Assembly (NCBI RefSeq): GCF_016433145.1 | Contig: NC_058132.1 | Coordinates: forward strand, 618,852,148-618,916,147 | Source: Gracilinanus agilis | Taxonomy: Eukaryota | DNA: 64,000 bases | Reading direction: 5' to 3' | Part shown: piece after piece, positions 38,664 to 50,967 of the stretch | Layout: each line of letters starts with the position of its first letter | Numbering within the stretch: position 1 is the stretch's first letter | Program-made: the position numbers and the translations under genes | The notes under the pieces: model-generated | Told to the model about the DNA's origin: nothing | The model's input: the letters and a program-made list of their open reading frames with translations, nothing else | Databases searched by the model: none

Positions 38664-40199
38664 GTCTATACTCTCCTGGATCCTACGCTTTATAAAATCT
38701 ATGATTTAGATTGTGAAATATATAATAGAGAGAAAGAAAAGCTAGTTGAGGGGCTGGGCAGAGAATTTAGGGGACTTGGGGCAACAAAGAAAAAAGACGA
38801 CAAAATATGACAATGAACAAACCCTATGGCAAAAGAGGCAGGGGTCATTTGATATTGTTATATTTATTTTTGAAATGATTTGCCCAAGAAAGTTGTATTT
38901 CCCTTGTCAGTCCATAATTACTTTGTGGACATAAGGAGGAACTAAGGAAAATGTATCTTCTTTGGTCAAGTAGCCTGCCTTTTCTTGAATGTACATAGTA
39001 AATTCCCATCTGAGGTTATAACTATCTAAAAGTGAAAAACAAGTTCCTACCGATGTCATCCAGGAATCTCAGAAACAGAATTAGGAACTGTAACACCTTG
39101 CTTGTTACTTATCATTTTCAAGAAAACATATTCTGGGCAACCTGCCATATGTGCAGACATGATAGCTGTGAATAAAATATAGTCCACTCTTCAGTGGAAG
39201 TATCCCATCTACATTGTGCTTTCTCCACTCCTGTCCTGGCTAGCTGATAAGAGACCAAAAACAAGCTCAGGGATGGCTGCTACTGAATTCTTTATTTCCC
39301 AGGGTGAGGCAGCCAATGGCATAAAGGTCCCTTGAGAAAGAGATTTGAAAATTGGAAGACTTGCCACACCAAAATCCCCATCACAACAACTTATCTGATT
39401 ATGTCCCTAGCAAAATCTAGGGACAATTAGAAGTTTAAAATCTATAGGCATATTTTGAGATAAGCAAAGGATGAGCAAGGAACTGCCAATCTTTTCTTTC
39501 TCCTCCCCCTATCTTGTCCTCACTACCCATTCCCAGAATAAATTCATCTTGGGATGGTCTGATAGTCCCCTCCCTGCTAGTTATTCTGATTCTAAAATAT
39601 GCAGGGCAATGTACTGGGTGTATTCTGGAAGGACCGGAACTGGCCTTGGGTTTTCATTAGTGTCAGGAACTCCCAAGTGATAAAACTCCCTTTATCAATG
39701 CAAGTCATCATCTTCTCTGTAAGGCATGGTCTTGGAGAATTCTCTAGAGTAGTAGAGTCAAACTCAAAGAGATCCCTTGGATTTACAGACTGACTTAGAA
39801 GATCACAAATTAACATTATCTATGTTGTTTTGTATTTTTACTTATTTGGTTAAATAGTCCCTAATTACATTTTAATCCAGTTTAGGCTGTCCTTGGGATT
39901 TTTGCTGTAATTTGGCACTTCCCTAGAATATTGAATAATTAAATGCCTTGCTTAGTGTCATATAGTAAATAGGCACAAGAGGTAAGACTTGAATCCAGGT
40001 TTCCTGTGTCTTCCAGGACAGCTTCTATCCACTATACTATATCGTATAACATTTGGTGTGTGGGAAAGCGTTTCATTAGAAGAGGGAAGACAGGGATAAA
40101 AAGCAAATGGATAGGATGCACTTGAAGTTGTTCTATGGATGTGTTGTGTATTTCTTTTTGTTGTCTTTGTGATCTCATAAGTACTACACAAGGAGTTCC

Positions 40200-40760
40200 C
40201 TGATTGAATATGCCAGTCTTTGTACATTCTACTACAAGACCATGCCAAAAATATTTGTCCATTTTCCATAAAAGAGAAATGTAGCAGATACAAATTTTTT
40301 CCTTTAAAAAACACATATTTCCTTTTTATTCTCTTCAGAAAATTAAATGTTTTATTAACAACTTCATACAAAACATTAATTCAACCAACTAAACTTAGTC
40401 ACAATTTACACTTAAATTAATTAATTTCTACATTTAAGATATCATGACAAATTCTCATCACTCCCTCCCCACAGGATTCAGACTTGCCCATTTTCTCTTC
40501 ATTTCCTCTTATTTGGTTGTAGGAATTGTGTTCTCTTTTCTCCAGGTTCTGTTTACCCCCTCCCCTTTGCATTATTTCATAAAGGTCTTTACAGATGTCT
40601 TTGTGTTTCTCACACTTGTCATTCTTAATTGCATTATAATAGCCCATAACACGAATAGACCACAATTTATTTAATCACTCTCCTGTTGTTAGACATTTAG
40701 GAAGCTCCCAGTTTTATTTTATTTTTAATTACGTGCAGTGCCACTCTGAAAACCTTTAAC
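40200..40760 (-). mobile_element. L1 3' fragment
   Basis: ccacaatttatttaatcactctcc...gacatttagg...cagttt. Confidence 0.7.
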
Positions 40761-41577
40761 CAGATTGCTCTTTTTTTGTTAGTTTGCTCTTTACGAGGCA
40801 TTCAGGGTTTACAGTTTGTCCCTTTGCGCTAATAATAGTTTCTTTATCTTGTTCTCCTCATCCTCAACTTTCTTTCTCCATAAATGACCTTCATGGGTAG
40901 TACAATTATTTTAATTTTTAACTAGATTCTATAAGCTTCAGAGCATGGTCTTTCCCCCATTATATTAGTTCAATGTTCATCCATTTTTGAAGCCAGATAG
41001 TAATTACTAGGGGACCAGAATCGTTCGCCTGTCTTGTGATATATAGTACCTTTGTTCCAGACTAAAATTTAAGTATCTGACTGTTATAGGAACCAAGAGA
41101 ATGGTTTCTCACATTGGATTTTTTGCTTGCAAATCCAAGATCAGCCTCAGTTTTTTGTAAATAGCAATACAGTTTCACTTTCAAATTCATTTGTTCTCCA
41201 TTGCATCTGCATTGAGCTAGCTGCCTCCAGGTTATTTCTTCCTTGTCCTTTTTGAGGAATTTAGCTTCTTCAATAGATGTGAAACATCTTGCAAAACTTC
41301 AGATAATGTCCCCTTAAGACTAATTAGATTTAGGTCTTGGTTTCATGGGCTTTTTTTAAGAAAAAAAAAAAAGCATTATTCCTTTCAGTCTGTCACTTCA
41401 GCATTAACAAGGAATTTCAGCAGGATCATTTCTAGAACATGATCCCCTGTTGAATAAAAAGGCTGCCCATACTGGGGAAAACCCAGTAGCATCCTCTAAG
41501 ACAAGAACAGAATCTGAGTGAGGCTGAGTTCCTGCTTGCCTGTCACCTTCCATAACTTCCCTCATATATCACCATTA

Positions 41578-41811
<234 letters not shown>

Positions 41812-41973
41812 TCATAAGCTGCCAGATAAACTGGTATGTAGGCGATCTGCCCATATTATTGTGCCCAACTTGCCAACAAGCTTAAAGTTAAGCTTGGGAA
41901 AAGCTCCAGGCCCATCTCTTTCACAATGGCCAAATATGGGCCCCAGTAGCTATGATAACAGAAAAGGAAGGCT

Positions 41974-42150
41974 GGAGGCAGAGTAGGTAGTGAATTAAGA
42001 GCCAGGCCTAGAGACAGAAGGCCCTGGGTTCAAATCTGACTTCAGATACTTCCTAGCTGTGTGATCCTAGGCAAGCCACTTAACTCTCATTGCCTAACCC
42101 TTTCTGCTCTTCTGCCATTGATCTAATACACAGTATTGATTCTTAGATAA
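41974..42150 (+). mobile_element. SINE1_Mdo-type SINE with (AAGAG)n tail extension to ~42240
   Basis: gccaggcctagagac...cacagtattgattc. Confidence 0.85.
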
Positions 42151-42419
42151 AAAGGAGAGAAAAGAAAAGAAAAGGAAGAGAAGAGAAGAGAAGAAAAATA
42201 GAGAAGAGAAGAGAAGAGAAGAGAAGAGAAGAAAAGAAAATAGAAGTTAGTAATTGTCATGAGATGTTCCCAACTAGCCAGCATTCTGTATCTGAACACC
42301 TGATTCAAAAGCACATAGAAACTTAGCATTTTTAAGAGCAAAGTAGGAATACAAGGTGTCAGAGGGGACTTGGAGAGATTATCTAGTCTATCCTTCTACC
42401 CCTGTAGCTATCAGACATA

Positions 42420-42580
42420 ATCATACCTAAATAATCCTAGAAAGGAGAAATGAGCTCTAACTTCTTTTTAAGGACCTCCCTTAGAAAGAAGTTCCAATAT
42501 TTAATAACCCTCACTAAAACCTAAATCCCTCATGTTTTAACTTAAGCCCATTTCCTCTTATTCTGCCAGAGTAGAGATAA
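42420..42580 (-). mobile_element. L3/CR1 3' end
   Basis: ORF 42514..42696 ends RIRGNGLKLKHEGFRF, matching the CR1 ORF2 C-terminal motif RTRGNGLKL..GRFRL. Confidence 0.75.
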
Positions 42581-43059
42581 AAAAGGACCTGGCTGATCAC
42601 CAGCACTAGACAGGCCAGGGAAACAGTGATGGAGGGGGAAGTTTGCCTTTGCCTTCTGCCTCCTTCCTCCTGTGCCCCTTCCCTTTCATTCAGCATCCCC
42701 TGGAGCCTTTCAGGTGCCTGGCCAATGACTCATTCTTATTCTCAGCTGCCAGTCCACCATTATCCACTAAAGGCATTAACAGATAATCTCAGAAAGGGGT
42801 ATTTATATTTTAAAAAAGGATTCTTAAGAGCCTTACAAGGAGAAGGAAAGGAAAAAATGCTGGATTGGGAGATGGAGGGCCTAGGTTTGATCTCAGTTCT
42901 GCCTGTTTGATCTTAAGAATATCATTCTCTACGTATCAGTTTTCTTATCTGTAAAATGAGAATGCTGTCCTAGATGATGCCTAAGATTCTTTCCTTCCTT
43001 CCTTCCTCCCTCTCCCTTCCCCCTTTCTGTCTTAGTATCAGTTCTTTTAAAAAAATAAT

Positions 43060-43252
43060 AAAACCCTAACCTTCTCTCTCAGAATCAATATTGTGTATTG
43101 CTTTCAAGACAGAGGAAAAGGTAAGGGGTAGGCAATGGAAATTAATGGGACTTGCCCAGGACCACACAGCTGGGAAAGGTCTGAGGTCACTGAACTCAGG
43201 TCCGCCTGACTTTCGGCATGATACTCTATCCACTGCACCACTTAGCTGGCCC
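43060..43252 (-). mobile_element. SINE1_Mdo-type SINE
   Basis: aaaccctaaccttc...agaatcaata...ggtaaggggtaggcaatgg...cttgcccagg. Confidence 0.8.
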
Positions 43253-45659
43253 ACACTCTAACTTTCAACCAGTGATCTTATGACTTTTAAAACTGAAAGA
43301 AAAATGGAATAACCAGTAGCAGAGTTAATATTTTAAAGTAGAAAAACCCCTATTCCTGCCCTATTAAATCACACTCTATAAGAAAGGGTAATATCTTTTT
43401 CCATTTAATGAACCTGCTGATGCATATACCGACGTACCTTTTTTATTCTACCCTTGTCAGAATTCAGCCTTCACTTTTCCAGGTTTATATTCTTAATTAT
43501 TTTAATTCATTCTCATAGACCCTGTTTTTCTTCTGTGTAACCATGTTTAGGGCCCATTTCTGAATCTTCTCCATATTCCCAACAATTTATTTTACAAATA
43601 TGGAGCCCGGATACAGACAAAGCCTCTTTTAAGTTGTGAGCAGTGTTGAGTAAAAAGAAAAGATAATTCAAAGTTTCTGCATCCTACATCCGTAAGCTAC
43701 TGACCAACTGCTGCTTTGTTTCTCCAGTTCTGGCAATGGCTACGAACTGAATATTCTGAGCAGTTGCCATTGAGTCTGTGGCTATACCATCTTTATGACC
43801 ATAATCATGATTACTCAGTAATGTTATTCTAATATAATAAAGGGTCACTTCCACTTTGTGATACAAGGGGACCTAGGTCATGTCTACCAAAGATAAGTTT
43901 AAATCTAGTGTTGTATTTATCACTGACCCCAAATCAATCCACCATCCATTATGACCAAGAGTTTTTTTTTTTAATTCTAAAACTATGAATAGCCAGGGTT
44001 GAATTGCATATATGTTTTTTTTTCCTTTTGCATATTTCCCCACAGTTGTATTTGTTGAATCTCATTTAGTTTGTTTTTGACTATTCCTGATAGCCTAAGA
44101 ACTATATTCCCATGAAAGAAAAGGAAGTAAGAAGTGAGAAGTAGGGATTCTCTTGATTGGAAGATAAAGACACAAAATTAGGAGGGATGTGAGCAACTAT
44201 GGATCAAGATGAGCTGGAGGTAAGGAAAGGAGAGGAACAATATCCACATGCTATGGTCAGAGGAAGGTACAGCCTTCAGTACTCCATCATACTAAACAAT
44301 AGAGAACATAATCTTCTTAAGGGAAGGAATTGGTTTTATTTTATCTATACTCACAGTGGCTAGCACAGAGTAGCATTTAATAAATAATTGCTGGGATTGG
44401 ATTGGGTCATTTTAAGTGCTTTTGAATTCTAGTTACATCCTTCTAGCTACTGGCTGTGCCTTAGATCATGACTCAACTCCACACTTCAGGAGAATGTTCT
44501 ACATTCAACCCACGAAAAAAATATAGAACGCTGGGGTCTGGGACCGATGGCTGCCTACCACCATCTGTTATGTCAGACTGACACTAACCCTGCAGCCAGT
44601 TGGGAAACTACTTCTATCTCCTCAACCACATTTTCTCAGTTTATTGATGAATGTGTCATGTAGCAAAGAATCAGAAATCTTGCTAAGGTTAAGATAGATT
44701 TACATCAATTTCTTTTTCTCAATGCGCCGAAGAGCCAATAATTCTTGGCCATGGAGGCCATTCTTCAGTTGCATTTCCTAAGGTCAAGATTTGTCCACAT
44801 CCACGTTGCCTGCTTCAGAACTACAAAAACTCACACTTGTTTTAAACATCATCTCGCCTAAAGTCACACACATATAGATATCTAGCTTATATATAAGGAT
44901 GATAATTTGAATCTATTGGAAACATGCTATTTCCTCTTTGTAATTTATCAAATTTAAGGGCTTAAAACAATGAAAAGCATATTCAAAATTAAATAAAATA
45001 GGCAGATCCCAAAGTGAGACAAATCAGAGCTTCCCCAAAGCTCTAAAAATGGAAAGAATTAGTTAAATAGCTGAAGGCCTTTGTCAGCTAAAGGTTTGAA
45101 AATATACACAGCAGGACAACTGACATCTGGAAATATTTTTAAAGGCTCTGCTCTTGTGGGAACTACACTCTGACTCTCAGAAGAAACTGAAGAAAGCTTA
45201 AAGAATCAAAATAAATACACAAATACATGCACCGCCCGTGTGTTGGCTCTCTTTGGCTTTCTATGTTTGGATCTCTCAGGGCTTCCAACCTGATTCCTGA
45301 TACTGCAGGAAGCCACTTTATGCTCTTTGCATAGAATGATTGTACCAAACAATATATTATGCTACCCATGACCACTACACAGCCTTTGCAAGGCTGTAAT
45401 TATCCATCAGTTTTGTGAGTTGCTGCCTTTCTTCCCATTGGCAGTGATTCTTCCTTTGCAATTTACAGATAATACCATATCAACATTAACTACTCCATTT
45501 AATCCAGTTACTCCAATTAAGGGATTCTTTTTGACCCACAAAACAAGAAATATATTAGCTACTCTCTCAATCCAAAGCAATCTTTCATTGATGAAAAATC
45601 AAATACACTCTTTCTTAAGCACAATCAAATTTGTAGGTTAATTGTTAAGCCCAAATTGA

Positions 45660-45890
45660 TTTTAGAAGGGCAAGGGAGAAGTCTTAGGGAGCATTCTATA
45701 TGAGAAAGAATTTGAATAAGACATTCTTTTAAAAATTTTAATTGAAAATGTATTTTGATATCTTTTGTCATTATATCACAATCATGACAGTAGAGGAACT
45801 TTTCCCCCTTCTCCAGATTGAACCCTCCCTTATAAAAGAAAAAGAAATAAGCAAAAATCCCCAATATATGAACTATATTTGATGATATAG
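45660..45890 (-). mobile_element. L1 3'UTR end
   Basis: Typical marsupial L1 tail: aaaatttt...ttgatatcttttg...ccctcccttataaaag. Confidence 0.55.
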
Positions 45891-45914
45891 AATATCCTTG
45901 TTTAAGAAGGGATA

Positions 45915-46117
45915 GAGGCAGAAAGATGACTCAGTGGATAGAAAGTCAGACCTAAAGAAGGAAGGTCCAGGGTATAAATTTGGCCTCAGATACTTCCTAG
46001 CTGTGTGACCCTAGGCAAATCACTTAACCCCAGTTATCTGGCCCTTACTGCTCTTCTGCCTTGGAATTGATATACAGTATTGATTCTAAGGCAGAAGGTA
46101 AGGTGTTTTTTTTTTTA
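45915..46117 (+). mobile_element. SINE1_Mdo-type SINE
   Basis: cagtggatagaaagtcagacc...gattctaaggcagaaggtaagg. Confidence 0.85.
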
Positions 46118-46681
46118 AGAGGAAGAGGAGGAGGAGAAAGGAAGAGAAGGAAGAAGAGAAAAAGGAAAAAGGGATGAAGGAAAAGGAAAAAGGATGAAGG
46201 AAGAGGAGAAGGAGAAGGAGGAGATGAAGAAGAAGGAGATGAAGAAGAAGAAGAAGAANNNNNNNNNNNNNNNNNNNNNNNNNNNNNNNNNNNNNNNNNN
46301 NNNNNNNNNNNNNNNNNNNNNNNNNNNNNNNNNNNNNNNNNNNNNNNNNNNNNNNNNNNNNNNNNNNNNNNNNNNNNNNNNNNNNNNNNNNNNNNNNNNN
46401 NNNNNNNNNNNNNNNNNNNNNNNNNNNNNNNNNNNNNNNNNNNNNNNNNNNNNNNNNNNNNNNNNNNNNNNNNNNNNNNNNNNNNNNNNNNNNNNNNNNN
46501 NNNNNNNNNNNNNNNNNNNNNNNNNNNNNNNNNNNNNNNNNNNNNNNNNNNNNNNNNNNNNNNNNNNNNNNNNNNNNNNNNNNNNNNNNNNNNNNNNNNN
46601 NNNNNNNNNNNNNNNNNNNNNNNNNNNNNNNAGAAGAAGAAGAAGAAGAAGAAGAAGAAGAAGAAGAAGAAGAAGAAGAAG
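46118..46681. repeat. GA-rich/(GAA)n tract spanning a gap
   Basis: Pure (GAA)n on both sides of gap 46259-46631. Confidence 0.95.
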
Positions 46682-47770
46682 GGAATGTCAGCAAGATGTA
46701 ATTTCTTGCCAATATTCTAGCATTTATACAATAGAAGGTCACCCACATTCACACAACTTCCTATAATCATTTTATTGGGAACCACTTGTCAGTAGTAGAT
46801 ACTTTGTTTCCATATTTGCATAACGGCCTAATAAATACACCTACCTCACAGAACTGGTGTGAGAAAAACACCATCAACATCAAAGCATAGCAAGAGTGAG
46901 TTATTATTTTATTGTTGTTGTTATAATTCCTTTCTACAAACAGCTGAGCTCAAATTCCAGATTTAATTTTTTTTTTTTAATATCTTCCAATCACTATCCC
47001 AAGGAAACAATTGGGAATGACTTTTTGTAGGGGTTTTTTTTGGCCTTTTTTCACCAGAGATGTTTGCCACCAAGTTCTCTCCCCATAGAATCTGATTAGT
47101 GTCATTATTGAATGCTTTTCCTGAAATTGCAGGCACTGTGTGTATATACTCCCTTATGAAATGGACTGAAAGTCCAGATGGCATAGTTAAAGGGATGTGC
47201 ATAATTTACAAAGGGTCATTTAGTGAAGCTGTTTTTTAGTGTCCTCAAGGGGCAGCTCTTCTGTTACTGAGAAACTGGTGCAAGTTCTAATTACAACTTC
47301 ACCAGAGTTAAAATATTAACCCCTTTTTCCCACTAACCCTAATTTTTCGGAAAAGGAATGGAAGAAATTGATATTCATTTCACATTTGGATATATTTAAT
47401 TTTCTTCTCCCCCAAACCTCCCTCTAAACAAATTAAACAGAACTTTATCTTAGTTTTGAAAGCTTACAAGTGAAATAGCTTGCTAATACAGTCATATGAA
47501 GCAATTTTGTTTCCTAAATCTACAATATTAAAGTCTAGAAGAATGTAAGTTTTTTGAAGGCAGAGGATGATTTTTGTTTGTTTTTCCTAATCATTAGTAG
47601 CATGCATATAGCAGGGACTTAATAACTCTCACTAGATTGTATGAGTGCAGCAATACATTAAATTTATACGGCTTCTTGTTGCACAGAACACAATGCAACC
47701 CCAAGCTCAAATCCTCATTCATGCCATAATACTGAGCTTTTGGTATCTCAGTCCAAAACCATTTATTTCA

Positions 47771-47935
<165 letters not shown>

Positions 47936-49619
47936 CTATAAAAATTGAACTCTAAGTTATTTCCTAAGTACAACACTGACTCTGCAATTTCTGAATGACA
48001 TCACTGCTTTTCGAAGATGACAGTACAGTGTCCAGGACGGCTCCCAAAACAATTCCAAAAAGTAAGATGACTTTGCTCATTCCATCTAAGTTTTCAATGT
48101 CGAGAGAGACAATTTCACTCATATGTTTCCTTTAGTCACAGGGACATGGATCGGTAAATTGTTTAATGTTATTTTCTTAAATCAACCTACTATCTGACCT
48201 CTGCTTAAGGCAATACTATAGCAACTAGGTGGGAGAAGGGGGGAGTTATAAAAGGTAACATGCATGCATTATGCACAGTAGATAAAATGTAGAAGTACAA
48301 GAATCTCTAGGAGACTGGACTTTTGCCTTATTTCCTAGATGTATTCTAATTTGGCAGCATAAAAGCCTGTGTTTTAGAGATTGCTTCAGATATCATGAAA
48401 TCAAGGTTAAATTGGAAATGGAGTAAAAATACTGTCTCTCTCCTATTTACAAAATTATTCTGTCCCTTATTGAGCATGAAAGGCATGCTCAAAGTAGCCA
48501 GGAGATGAAGTGGCAAGTAGGCTCTTGGAGACAAAATAGAAGAAACTAGATATGTATTTTATTAATTCATTTCTTCTATGAGCTGTCCAGTGTGGGAGAG
48601 AAATAGAAAGGTGTGACTTATTATTGAAGTTTTAAAAAGGACAACTCTTCAAACTAAGGTAGAGAGCCATCTGTTAAGAGTTTAAAGGGCATTTTTACTA
48701 GTTATCTGATTCTCTTTTACCATAGTCATCCCATGCCAGGAATTTCTCTGTTTGTTTATATTAATGTACAAGGTGTTTTTAATTGACTTTAAACTTTACT
48801 AGGGTACCATCTGGGGGAACTGATTCAAGCTCAACTACTCCTGTTTTAAGCTGTTCAATGGAAAGAATCCAAAAGTTTCCTTTCCTTTATTATGGATACT
48901 AAAACAAGACTAGAGAGTGGGCAGCAAATGGCATTGTCCTCGGAATGGAACGAGTACATCTAACACTAAAATTCTCTACATTCAGACAGGAATGGTAGCA
49001 TTGACTTCTCCCTTTGCCTCCTATAAAGTTAGCTATAATTGCTCACCTTCTGATTAGTAGAGGAAAAGGAGAGTTTTTCATTGTTAACACAGATCACTCC
49101 TTTTCTGAGTGAATGAACTCTGGATGCAAGAGGATACAGATTAGAATTAGCAATTATAGCCAGAGAGACTGAATATTGAAATCAGGCTCCAGGCACAGAT
49201 GGAAAATGGCAAATATTTAAAAGGGGGTGGGGGGAAGAAGGCTGGAAACTTTCTGCTTTGTGTTAATTTTAATGGTGCTGGTCTTAATGGTCAGTAAATT
49301 GTTTTATGAGCTGCTGTGTTTATTCCATTAGTATTTTATACTCAGATTGCTAAGGCAGGACAGCAGACTCATTAACTGCCAACTGATAACTTTTAACTGT
49401 ACTCAAATCCCTGCTTATCTTTCAACAGTAAAATGCAGACCATTAGCAACTGGAAAAAATTTCCATAGTGGAAACATTATAAATCTGTATTCTATACATT
49501 TCATATTCCCTAACCAACCAAGTGGAGATAATATGTTCTTTTTCCTGGAGGGGAAGGAGTTCTCAAAATATGAAAACTTTAAAACATCAGAGAGGGGTGG
49601 GATGGAGAAAATATGCTCA

Positions 49620-49770
49620 GTCTCATAGATTCAGAGATGGATGAAAATCGAGAGGCTGTCTAGTCCAATTCCTTCACTTGACAAATAAGGGAACTGAGGC
49701 CCAAAAGTCACACAGGAAATAAATGGTGGAGATAAGATCTAAACCTAAGTCCTCTGACACTACCAAACCA
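49620..49770 (-). mobile_element. MIR3 SINE
   Basis: gaggctgtctagtccaattcc...gggaactgaggccc. Confidence 0.7.
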
Positions 49771-50051
49771 TCTCCTTTCTTCTCTATTTGTGGTTACTTT
49801 AAGTTGATTTGCTAAATCAATTTAATTAAGATTACTCTTCATCCCACAAAAATGGAAAGTCTATCTTTCTTAGTAGTTCTAGCAAAAGTTAACATATCTA
49901 GAACCTTTTCCTTTGAGGCCAAATCCTTTCTAAGAAAGATCCCTTAAAAAATAAAGTAGCCATTTTAAAGAAGAATCTAGAGAATTGAGGACTTTTTTTT
50001 TTTTTAACTAAGGGGCTATATGTTTTTGAAAGACCAAAGAGTTCATCATCA

Positions 50052-50342
<291 letters not shown>

Positions 50343-50745
50343 TCATTAACATTATACCAAAATGAATTATTGCCAAGTATTACAAAGCTGCTTCTTCTTC
50401 TTCTTCTTTTTTTTTTTGGACAATCCTCATCCAGCACGAAACACACCACCAAATTATCTCTTTGCCTTTTTGACCAAAGACACTAATTCACTAGGTGAGC
50501 CTATCTTATAATCTAGGTTCCTGCTTCCTCTGATAGATGGAATTTATCCAATTATAATGAATCTGTGGCACTGCCAGGCCCACTGAAAGGAGATAAATCA
50601 AACACAGAACTGACTAATCATGGATTATTTAACAGGCTCTTTAAAAAATCATTGATCTTGTATTTCCTTTCTTCTCCTGTCTCCACCTATTCAAAGTCAA
50701 TAAAGATAGTCAAACATAAGTCATACCTAAGATGGGGGGTATTCA

Positions 50746-50967
<222 letters not shown>

